Positions 1 to 6,890 of a stretch of DNA of 48,433 nt are shown in pieces. This DNA comes from a virus (taxonomy: Duplodnaviria > Caudoviricetes), in IMG/VR virus record IMGVR_UViG_3300033076_001576, positions 1-48,433 of that record; one strand, 5' to 3'. Both the position numbers and the translations under genes were made by a program. The notes beneath the pieces were generated by a model, which was given only the letters and a program-made list of their open reading frames with translations, made no database searches and was not told the origin of the DNA. How positions within the stretch are numbered: position 1 is the first letter of the stretch; every line of letters begins with the position of its first letter.

Positions 1-87
1 GGGGTGAAGCTGGAAGACATGGAGCAGCTCGTCGCGGCACTCGCCGAGGACAAGAAGCACGACGAGTTCGAGCGGAGGGGCCGATGA
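1..87 (+). CDS. 3' part of hypothetical protein spanning the genome junction (continues 48179..48433)
   Basis: Frame 1 GVKLEDMEQL...ERRGR-stop; TGA 85-87 overlaps the next ATG at 84 (ATGA). Confidence 0.75.
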   Translation, partial: GVKLEDMEQLVAALAEDKKHDEFERRGR

Positions 88-293
88 AGACTCTGCGTGA
101 GACCATCCGCGAGAGGGATGGAATTTCCGCCGGCGAGTTCGAGGACATGCTCGAGGACTTCGCAATCATGGTCGCAGGCGGCGACGACCCCGAAGAAGCT
201 CTCGCCGAGGTGTTCGGGATCGAGCCGGACTTCCTCTTCGACGACGAGATCGTCACCGCGTTGGGTGCGGGCTTGGCCCGAAGGACAGCGTGA
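84..293 (+). CDS. hypothetical acidic phage protein
   Basis: 69 aa ORF, translationally coupled at both ends (ATGA, GTGA). Confidence 0.75.
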   Translation: MKTLRETIRERDGISAGEFEDMLEDFAIMVAGGDDPEEALAEVFGIEPDFLFDDEIVTALGAGLARRTA

Positions 294-694
294 AGCGCCA
301 CCCCAGAAAGATCTGGGATGATAGCGAGATTCCCTCTTTGAGGGAGCGCTATCAAGCAGGTCTGGTTTCCGCCCGGCAGATTGCCGCTGACTACCGAGTC
401 TCCATCGAGACCGTTCGGCGAATGCTGCGAGGCGAAACCTACTTCAACCTCGCGCAGTCAGCTGCCGCACCGGAGCCCAATCTCGAGGCTCTCGCCGCAG
501 TTGCTGCGCAACTCGCACAACCCGAAGAAGACGCCGCGCTCGCCCGCTTCATGGCGGAAACCCGAGTGCAGTCGGATCAACTGATCAAGGAGATTTTCGG
601 TGAAAAACCCGCCCAAGGTGATGTTCCAAACCTGGATCGCGTGGAGAGTGAAGCGCCGCCCCTGGATGACGCCGGAGAAGCAGGAGGGTTTTAG
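290..694 (+). CDS. putative helix-turn-helix DNA-binding protein
   Basis: SARQIAADYRVSIETVRRMLRG is an HTH-like pattern; AGGA upstream; coupled start. Confidence 0.65.
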   Translation: MKRHPRKIWDDSEIPSLRERYQAGLVSARQIAADYRVSIETVRRMLRGETYFNLAQSAAAPEPNLEALAAVAAQLAQPEEDAALARFMAETRVQSDQLIKEIFGEKPAQGDVPNLDRVESEAPPLDDAGEAGGF

Positions 695-836
695 CTACCT
701 CCTCGAGGAGCTGGGGGAAGTCGATGCCCCAACTCCGAGCGCTGCGCTCGATGCGCTGAAGAAGACGTTTCCCCTCATCGCGAGGGGGGACATGATGCTG
801 CAGCTGAAGTCGGCGCGCACGCCGACGCTGCACTGA
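666..836 (+). CDS. small hypothetical protein
   Basis: MTPEKQEGFSYLLEEL...; fills the gap before 850; start uncertain. Confidence 0.45.
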   Translation: MTPEKQEGFSYLLEELGEVDAPTPSAALDALKKTFPLIARGDMMLQLKSARTPTLH

Positions 837-849
837 AGGAGCAAGAGAC

Positions 850-1107
850 ATGAGACAGGTGAAGATGAAGGTTGCCGCCGTCCCGAACTTGCGGCCGATC
901 GCGATCGGATACTACTCCCACGTCCGCGATCCCGACAAGGACTACAGCGTCGTCTCCCACGCGAAGAGTGTGAGGAACGCTGCGAGAGCGGCATTCACCC
1001 GCATTCTCGATCGGCGCGCATACAAGGCGCTGATCCACGCCGAGAACGGCGTGGTTGTCGCCAGGATCTGGCGGGAGCGCAACAAGATCCACTCGGTGGG
1101 GATGTGA
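850..1107 (+). CDS. hypothetical protein
   Basis: AAGGAG RBS upstream, 85 aa. Confidence 0.75.
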   Translation: MRQVKMKVAAVPNLRPIAIGYYSHVRDPDKDYSVVSHAKSVRNAARAAFTRILDRRAYKALIHAENGVVVARIWRERNKIHSVGM

Positions 1108-1108
1108 C

Positions 1109-1336
1109 ATGGGGGAGAAAGTTGAGAAGATCGAGGCCTGGAAAACGCCCGACGGCAGGGTCTGGCAGACTCGCGAAGCCGCCAACGAGCACATGCGGGT
1201 TCGGGCGCTCTTCCCTGATGTCGCGAGGGCGCTCGAAACCGAGAGCTTGCGGCCCACCAGGCAAGCGCTCGAGAACATCACCCGGTATCTCCTGAGTCGA
1301 TGGGCGGTGGCTCGCAGGGAGGATCGCTGTGATTAA
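1109..1336 (+). CDS. hypothetical protein
   Basis: MGEKVEKIEAWKTPDGRVWQTREAA; starts just after the previous stop. Confidence 0.7.
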   Translation: MGEKVEKIEAWKTPDGRVWQTREAANEHMRVRALFPDVARALETESLRPTRQALENITRYLLSRWAVARREDRCD

Positions 1337-1847
1337 GCCACTCTACATTTTCGACCTTGACGGAACGCTCGCCCTAATCCAGCATCGTCGCCACTTTGTC
1401 GAACGTCCTTCCCTGAAGTGCTACGATTGCGGCGGAAAGAACTGGAGAAACTGCGTGCAGTGCAGTGATCTTGACGCCGGCTTCAAACCGAACTGGCCCG
1501 CCTTCTTCAAGGCGTGTGTCGATGACCAACCCAACAAGTCGGTTATCGGTTTGCTACAGCAGTTAAGGGGCATTGCTGATGTCGAGGTGTGGTCTGGTCG
1601 CAGCGACGAAGTACGAGAAGAAACTGAGCAGTGGCTTTTAAAGTACGCTAACTACACTGGCGTGCTGAAGATGCGCAAGAAAGGGGACTACACCGTAGAT
1701 CACAAGCTCAAGCTGTCATGGCTTGAAGAACTAAGCGAGGGTGATCGAAAGCGTCTCGCCGCGACATTCGACGATCGAGACCAAGTAGTTCAAATGTGGC
1801 GCCAGCAAGGCATCCTTTGCTGTCAAGTTGCGCCTGGGGATTTCTGA
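1329..1847 (+). CDS. HAD-family polynucleotide 3'-phosphatase (like the C-terminal domain of T4 PseT/PNK), with a CxxC-CxxC insertion
   Basis: HAD motifs IFDLDGTLA, WSGR, MR..GD...D...K, FDDRDQVVQMWR...CCQVA.GDF. Confidence 0.88.
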   Translation: MIKPLYIFDLDGTLALIQHRRHFVERPSLKCYDCGGKNWRNCVQCSDLDAGFKPNWPAFFKACVDDQPNKSVIGLLQQLRGIADVEVWSGRSDEVREETEQWLLKYANYTGVLKMRKKGDYTVDHKLKLSWLEELSEGDRKRLAATFDDRDQVVQMWRQQGILCCQVAPGDF

Positions 1848-1877
1848 CCCGGGTATAATTGGGGAATTGTACCCGGG
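1848..1877 (+). promoter_or_regulatory. 30-bp palindromic operator/promoter element, copy 1
   Basis: CCCGGGTATAAT-TGGGGA-ATTGTACCCGGG, upstream of the ncRNA array. Confidence 0.8.
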
Positions 1878-1957
1878 AAGTTATTTCATTCCTGGGGAAC
1901 TTCCCGCCGTTTCCACGGTCAAACACGCACCCGCGCGAATAGCGGGTTCCAGTTTTC

Positions 1958-2019
1958 GCCCCTACTGCTGCGGATACACGCACAATCAGGATAGTTCGCA
2001 AACCGCAGCGACTCGGGGC
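1958..2019 (+). ncRNA. Y RNA-like stem-loop, unit 1
   Basis: GCCCC-TACT-GCTGCGG-ATACACG...AAA-CCGCAGC-GACTC-GGGGC; both helices pair perfectly. Confidence 0.75.
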
Positions 2020-2028
2020 ACCAGAAAA

Positions 2029-2098
2029 GCCGTTACTGTTGGAGATACATGTGGGGGTTTGCGCCCCTGCCCAATCTCAAACTCCAGCGACTTACGGC
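2029..2098 (+). ncRNA. Y RNA-like stem-loop, unit 2
   Basis: GCCGT-TACT-GTTGGAG-ATACATG...AAA-CTCCAGC-GACTT-ACGGC; internal G/C hairpin at 2051-2070. Confidence 0.75.
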
Positions 2099-2107
2099 CC
2101 CTTTTCA

Positions 2108-2166
2108 AGCTGCTACTTGGTGAGATACACGCAAGCATAGTCGCAAAGCTCGCCAGACTCGCAGCT
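2108..2166 (+). ncRNA. Y RNA-like stem-loop, unit 3
   Basis: AGCTGC-TACT-TGGTGAG-ATACACG...AAAG-CTCGCCA-GACTC-GCAGCT. Confidence 0.75.
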
Positions 2167-2174
2167 CTCAAATT

Positions 2175-2300
2175 CGCTACAACTTGCCGAGATACATGCA
2201 ATTTCAATGCCGGGGTCAGGGGTTCGAATCCCCTCTTCGAAGTGGATTCTTCGAAGTAGCTCAGTGGTAGAGCACGAAACCCCTCGACAGACTCGTAGCG
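2175..2300 (+). ncRNA. YrlA-like Y RNA (unit 4) with a circularly permuted tRNA-like domain
   Basis: Same scaffold (CGCTAC-AACT-TGCCGAG-ATACATG...CTCGACA-GACTC-GTAGCG). It encloses a T-arm AGGGG-TTCGAAT-CCCCT (2218-2234), a loop-closed acceptor-like stem (2235-2256) and a D-arm TA-GCTC-AGTGGTA-GAGC-A (2257-2274). Adjacent to the Ro60-like gene. Confidence 0.88.
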
Positions 2301-2308
2301 ATCATTTC

Positions 2309-2337
2309 AAGAGGGGGGCGATTGTGCCCCCTCTTTT
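2309..2337 (+). terminator. GC-rich hairpin with short U tract (terminator/attenuator or processing stem)
   Basis: AAGAGGGGGGC-GATTGT-GCCCCCTCTT followed by TT. Confidence 0.55.
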
Positions 2338-2354
2338 CCTGGAGAGAAAGAGAC

Positions 2355-3779
2355 ATGAAAGAGCAGGCGTTTTCGAGGAATCGAGCGGTGTCGATGCTGC
2401 TCAAGTCCCCGCACGGGGAGCTGAAGGGATACGTCGAACCGACGCAAAGGACCGGGGAACAAGACCCCGAGTTCCTCGCCCGGCTGACGGCCTGGAACCT
2501 GAAGAACGGGAAGATTCGCGACAGCAAGGTTGCGCTTCCCGTCATCTCGCTGGGGATCGAGAAGATTTCCGCCGAGCCGGAATTCCTCGACAACGCCCTG
2601 GCGGCGTTCGCGAGCCTCTCTCCGCGGGAGATGGTCCGCTCGATGCGGTTCGCCTACGAAATTCCTGGTGTGTCGAAGAGGAAACTCGCGAAGGTTGCCG
2701 CCGCGAAGCTCGCCGCCCTGGAGAGCAAGCCGGCGAAGTTCGCTCGCGTGGCGATGCAGCACAAGCACTCGCTGCAGGAGATGTACGCGCTCTCCCACAC
2801 CAAGGCGAATGAACAAGCTCGCCAGCTCGTTTTCGGGCGAGGGGAGAAGACGATCGTCGGCCAGCTCGCCGGGATGTCCGACGCCGAGGCAGCTGGAACG
2901 ATCCTCGAGATGAAGATTCCCTTCCTCGCCGCCGCAGGCGCGTTGGGGAAGCGCTCCTCGTCGCCGGTGATCCTTTCCGCCTTGATGAGGAATATGACTC
3001 CCACGGAGGTCGTGACGAACATCAAGCGGCTCGAGAAGCTGGGTGTCCGCCAGGATGCAGCATTGCGGGCGGAACTCGAAGACAAGATGGCCGCCGTGAG
3101 CAGCTCGACCACGGCGATCCTCAAGACCTCGAAGGCGGCTGCCCTCCTCGCGGGAACGGAGACCGGAGAGAAGCTTGCGGCCACGCAAGAGCGCCAGCTG
3201 GACGCCATCGGCGTGAAGGGGAACTGGTTGATCCTCGCGGACAAGAGCGGCTCGATGGAGCAGTGCATCGAGGCAGCCCGGCATGTTGCCGCCACGCTCG
3301 CGAGGGTCTCCGAGGGAGAAACGCAGCTCACCTTCTTCGACACCAACGCAACGAGCTTCCCTGTGACGGGAAAGAGCTACGAGGAGATCTCCAGCATCTC
3401 TCGGTTCGTTCGAGCCAACGGAGGGACTTCGATCGGGATCGGCGTCAGGCATGCCCTGGCTTCTAAGTTCTCCGCCGACGGCATCGTGATCGTGACGGAC
3501 GGGGAGGAAAATGCCAATCCCCGTTTCCACGAGGAGTACGTCCGCTACACCGAGTTCTTGGGGAAGGAAGTCCCCGTCTACGTCTATCGCATCGGGAGGG
3601 AGAGGAACAGCCTCGAAGATCGCTGCGAGCGAGATGGAATCTCCCTCCAAGTCTTCGACATCGCTGGCGTGGATTACTACTCCCTGCCCAACCTCATCCT
3701 CACGATGAGGACCAACATGTTTTCCCTCTCCGACGAGATCATGTCGCAGCCGTTGTTGCGTCTCGCGGATGTCCTTTAA
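2355..3779 (+). CDS. Ro60/Rsr-like TROVE + vWA domain RNA-binding protein
   Basis: Helical N-terminal region with QDPEFLARL..W....IRD. C-terminal vWA/MIDAS motifs LADKSGSM, GGTSIG, IVIVTDGEEN. About 474 aa; GGAG upstream of ATG 2355; tRNA-like Y RNA immediately upstream. Confidence 0.85.
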   Translation: MKEQAFSRNRAVSMLLKSPHGELKGYVEPTQRTGEQDPEFLARLTAWNLKNGKIRDSKVALPVISLGIEKISAEPEFLDNALAAFASLSPREMVRSMRFAYEIPGVSKRKLAKVAAAKLAALESKPAKFARVAMQHKHSLQEMYALSHTKANEQARQLVFGRGEKTIVGQLAGMSDAEAAGTILEMKIPFLAAAGALGKRSSSPVILSALMRNMTPTEVVTNIKRLEKLGVRQDAALRAELEDKMAAVSSSTTAILKTSKAAALLAGTETGEKLAATQERQLDAIGVKGNWLILADKSGSMEQCIEAARHVAATLARVSEGETQLTFFDTNATSFPVTGKSYEEISSISRFVRANGGTSIGIGVRHALASKFSADGIVIVTDGEENANPRFHEEYVRYTEFLGKEVPVYVYRIGRERNSLEDRCERDGISLQVFDIAGVDYYSLPNLILTMRTNMFSLSDEIMSQPLLRLADVL

Positions 3780-3831
3780 CACCCGCCAGCGGGGTCGCGG
3801 GATCAAGACCCCCACCTTAAAAGGAACGTCC

Positions 3832-4140
3832 ATGTACGAGAAACTGCGCCAGATCAACCTCCAGCGCGCCGAGACCGACGAGCTGGTGGCGCTCTATTCC
3901 TTCGGCACCGTGATGGCCACGAGCTACCGCGACTTCCAAGTCCCGGAACCGGACTGGTTGAAGGAGAACCTGGCGGGTCTCCGGCGGGAGATCACGTCGC
4001 GCCACCGCGACATGCTGGAGAGCCGCCTCCGCGACATCCGCTCGCGCCGCGAAGCGCTGGCCACCCCGGAAGAGAAGCGCTCGCGTCTCGACGCCGAGGA
4101 GAAGCGCCTGATCGAGGCCCTCGGAGGGAAGTCGGAGTGA
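3832..4140 (+). CDS. hypothetical coiled-coil protein downstream of Ro60
   Basis: AAGGAA RBS, MYEKLRQINL..., charged helical C-terminus. Confidence 0.75.
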   Translation: MYEKLRQINLQRAETDELVALYSFGTVMATSYRDFQVPEPDWLKENLAGLRREITSRHRDMLESRLRDIRSRREALATPEEKRSRLDAEEKRLIEALGGKSE

Positions 4141-4298
4141 CCGCCGAAGTCGCATGGCTGATGGCGCTTCTCGGAGCACTGTTTGCCGTCGGCGGCTACA
4201 TCATCGGCAAGATGCACGGCTACGAGGAAGCGATGAGGGGGTTCATCTCCGTGATGAACTCCCTCGTCGAGCCGCTCGGGCCCGGCGGAACCGACTGA
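4137..4298 (+). CDS. small putative membrane protein (53 aa)
   Basis: GTG-coupled ORF with hydrophobic VAWLMALLGALFAVGGYIIG; below the ORF-track cutoff. Confidence 0.6.
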   Translation: MTAEVAWLMALLGALFAVGGYIIGKMHGYEEAMRGFISVMNSLVEPLGPGGTD

Positions 4299-4507
4299 TG
4301 CGCCGGCTTTTCAAACCCCTCGAGCCGATGGAAATGGCGGCGGACCAGCTCGCCTGGACGCGCCGTGCCATCCTCGAGGCTGAATCAACGCTCGAGCTGG
4401 CGCAGGCGGAGGTGGCTTACCTTCGCGCGAGAGAGCGCCGGCTCGAGAGCTTCTTGAAAGCGGAGGCCCAACGTGCCGAACTTTCTCCCAGACCTCAACA
4501 AGCTTGA
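4298..4507 (+). CDS. hypothetical coiled-coil protein
   Basis: TGATG coupling; MRRLFKPLEPMEMAADQL... Confidence 0.65.
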   Translation: MRRLFKPLEPMEMAADQLAWTRRAILEAESTLELAQAEVAYLRARERRLESFLKAEAQRAELSPRPQQA

Positions 4508-4883
4508 TCCCTCGGGGATGGTTCTTGGGGGGAAGGTGACCGTCAAGGCGACGGTAACCGCCAAGATCGCCGAGGTTGCCCCCGGCATCCTTCGGGGCGA
4601 GGATGGGAAGCTTCGAACCTGGTTTCCCGAGAACGAGGCGCCGTGGCCGTCCAAGGAAGTTCCTTGGGGGAAGAAGATCGTCGGCAATATGGTCTTCATC
4701 GAGGACACCAAAAAGGCGGGTCTGTCCGGCAAGTATCGCGGATGGGCGAAAGTCGAGGGATACAACGAAGAGCTCGACTGCCTCATCGTTCACAGAGGTT
4801 TTCTCCTCGATTGCCGGTGGCGAGGAACGGTCTTCTCCCTTGCGGGAAACGTGTGTGGGCAAATCCGGAAGGCATCACTATGA
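4473..4883 (+). CDS. hypothetical protein
   Basis: GGAGG RBS, 136 aa. Confidence 0.65.
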   Translation: MPNFLPDLNKLDPSGMVLGGKVTVKATVTAKIAEVAPGILRGEDGKLRTWFPENEAPWPSKEVPWGKKIVGNMVFIEDTKKAGLSGKYRGWAKVEGYNEELDCLIVHRGFLLDCRWRGTVFSLAGNVCGQIRKASL

Positions 4884-5053
4884 CCCTCTCTGAACTTCGA
4901 GACGCCGTGTTCTGGGAACACTCCCTCTGTCTCGACTGCACGGCCACGTTCGACTCGGCGCTGGAAGCCTGCCCGGTTTGCGGCGGCGAACACCTCGTGC
5001 CGGCGACCAAGATCCTCGCGCTGGTCGAGCCCATCATCGAATCGGTGGAATGA
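4880..5053 (+). CDS. small zinc-ribbon protein
   Basis: CLDC...CPVCG; ATGA coupling. Confidence 0.65.
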   Translation: MTLSELRDAVFWEHSLCLDCTATFDSALEACPVCGGEHLVPATKILALVEPIIESVE

Positions 5054-5331
5054 CCTCGACAAACGCCTACCAGCGGAGAACCGCGCCCAAGCGGGCGTGT
5101 GAGTACTTGAAGCTCCTCCGTTCCGGCTGGTGGACGTTCGCCGAGATGGAGAAAGAACTCGAGTGGAACGATGGCACCCTGGTGACCTGGAACAACGAGA
5201 TGCTTGAACAGGGAGTCATCGTGCGCAAGCGGCAAAGAAAGGTCATGGAAGGGCCCGGGTCGCCGCCGTATTTCTACTCCCTCGCCCCCGAGTGGGGCGG
5301 AACGAAACAGGAGCCCGACGAGCGCCTGTGA
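5050..5331 (+). CDS. putative winged-helix DNA-binding protein
   Basis: LKLLRSGWWTFAEMEKELEWNDGTLVTWNNEMLEQGVIVR resembles a wHTH. Confidence 0.55.
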   Translation: MTSTNAYQRRTAPKRACEYLKLLRSGWWTFAEMEKELEWNDGTLVTWNNEMLEQGVIVRKRQRKVMEGPGSPPYFYSLAPEWGGTKQEPDERL

Positions 5332-5366
5332 AAAGGCTCGTCTTTTTCAACGTAAGAAAGACTCTC

Positions 5367-6035
5367 ATGAGCGAAACCCAAACGGCGACTCCCGCCAAGA
5401 AGAAGACCGAGTACATCAAGGTCAAGATGACCGACGGCCGCGAGGTCGATTTCCCGAAGAGCCGGAAGGCGCAGTCCGACGTCCTCGAGGGCGCCGAAGG
5501 CTCGTTCAGCGGCATCCGCTTCGACTTCGTCAACGGCGAGACCCGCACGCTGGAGCTGTCGGACGTCCCCGAGTCGGTGATCAACTACAGCGCCTGCCAC
5601 GGCCTGAAGCAGAAGATCGCCGACGACTGGGCCGGCATGAAGAACGAGGACGGCACGCCGGCGAGCATCGATGACGTGGTGCTGGCCTGCGACGAGATGA
5701 TGAACCGCCTGCGCACCGGTGACTGGCGTGTGGCCCGCGAACCTGGCGACTCCACCGCCGGCGCGAGCATCGTCATTCAGGCGCTGTCCGAGGTCACCCA
5801 GAAGACGGTGGCCGAGGTCAAGGCTCTGCTGGACGCCAAGCTGGCCAAGATGAAGGCCGATGCGGAGGCCGCCGGCCAGACGCCCCCGACGCGGCAGAAG
5901 CTGTACGCGACCTTCCGCGATCCGCGCTCGGCGATCGGCAAGAAGATCCGCGAGCTGGAAGAGGCGAAGGCCGCCAAGAACGCTGTCGGCGATGCCGATG
6001 CGATGGTGGCGGAGCTGAGCGGCGCGGCCGCCTGA
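5367..6035 (+). CDS. hypothetical phage protein; paralogue of 46173..46736
   Basis: Strong GC3 codon bias; shares colinear motifs and C-terminal GDADAMV with 46173..46736. Confidence 0.85.
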   Translation: MSETQTATPAKKKTEYIKVKMTDGREVDFPKSRKAQSDVLEGAEGSFSGIRFDFVNGETRTLELSDVPESVINYSACHGLKQKIADDWAGMKNEDGTPASIDDVVLACDEMMNRLRTGDWRVAREPGDSTAGASIVIQALSEVTQKTVAEVKALLDAKLAKMKADAEAAGQTPPTRQKLYATFRDPRSAIGKKIRELEEAKAAKNAVGDADAMVAELSGAAA

Positions 6036-6045
6036 TGGCGGGTTG

Positions 6046-6075
6046 CCCGGGTATAATCCCCCAATTGTACCCGGG
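6046..6075 (+). promoter_or_regulatory. 30-bp palindromic element, copy 2
   Basis: CCCGGGTATAAT-CCCCCA-ATTGTACCCGGG, intergenic. Confidence 0.8.
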
Positions 6076-6095
6076 CTTCTTTCGGAGCCTTCGAC

Positions 6096-6380
6096 ATGCC
6101 ACGCGGCCGTCCACCTCTCATTCGCCCCAACATCCCCAAGGAGATCGCGTTTGACGCCGGGCTGATCACGCGGTTGGATCTTATCCTCTATTCTGAGGCG
6201 GAGCAGAGGGTTCCGAAAGGGGCGTATCAACGGTTCTTCAACACCCTCTTGACGCAATACTTCGAGCACAAGACGCTCGACCTCGCACCGTACCTGGGGA
6301 CGTTGCCTCAGGTTGCCGCCGTGCGGGGTCGGGAGGACGTGATCGAGATGCTCAAGCAACACCTGGAAAGGAAACCATGA
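6096..6380 (+). CDS. hypothetical protein, possible ribbon-helix-helix regulator
   Basis: MPRGRPP...KEIAFDAGLITRLDL...AYQRFFNTLLTQYF; GGAG RBS. Confidence 0.6.
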   Translation: MPRGRPPLIRPNIPKEIAFDAGLITRLDLILYSEAEQRVPKGAYQRFFNTLLTQYFEHKTLDLAPYLGTLPQVAAVRGREDVIEMLKQHLERKP

Positions 6381-6694
6381 GCAAGAAATACCACGTGCAG
6401 CTTCCGATCGCCGGCGTCATGTACGTCGCGGTTGATGCTGGGTCTCGTCGCGAAGCGATTGACCTCGCGGTGAAGAAGGCGGAAGATGCGCTCGGCTCCC
6501 CCGACGCGATGCAGCACATCGAGTGTCTCGACGTATACGAGCGCTTCTTCGAAGGGAACATTTCCCAAGTCGAACTCGACGAAGTCTCCGTCGAGGACGA
6601 GGACGGCTTCGAGGTGGACGAGGACGACGAGGAAGAGACGGAGGGCCTCGAAGACGAAGACCTCACGGACGGCGAGGGCGACGATGACTCCTGA
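6377..6694 (+). CDS. hypothetical protein with highly acidic C-terminal tail
   Basis: C-terminal ~40 aa dominated by D/E. Confidence 0.7.
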   Translation: MSKKYHVQLPIAGVMYVAVDAGSRREAIDLAVKKAEDALGSPDAMQHIECLDVYERFFEGNISQVELDEVSVEDEDGFEVDEDDEEETEGLEDEDLTDGEGDDDS

Positions 6695-6890
6695 ACTTCA
6701 GGCGAAGATCCAGATCTGGCGGCAAAAAGCACTCAATGGTGACCTGTCCGAGGAGGAATGCGCACAAGCGGTCATTGCCCTTCGGGCCGGCCGGATGAGC
6801 GCGCAGGCTGCCAGCGAGACCTCGAAGAGGAAGAAGGCAGCGGCGGAGATTCCCGACGCAGATGATCTGGTGAAGGAGCTGATTGGATGA
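6684..6890 (+). CDS. hypothetical protein
   Basis: MTPELQAKIQIWRQK...IPDADDLVKELIG. Confidence 0.7.
   Translation: MTPELQAKIQIWRQKALNGDLSEEECAQAVIALRAGRMSAQAASETSKRKKAAAEIPDADDLVKELIG

Noticed and set aside
2213-2276. Canonical tRNA gene
   Set aside because: The T-arm precedes the D-arm, the acceptor stem is closed by a loop and there is no CCA end. It is a permuted tRNA-like domain inside a Y RNA-like scaffold.
1958-2300. CRISPR array
   Set aside because: No identical direct repeats; conservation is structural and limited to short loop motifs. No cas operon.
2207-2354. ORF starts at 2207/2322 and ORF 1828-2259 across the RNA array
   Set aside because: They overlap structured RNA or the hairpin and lack an RBS. 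ATG 2355, with GGAG upstream, is the better Ro60 start.
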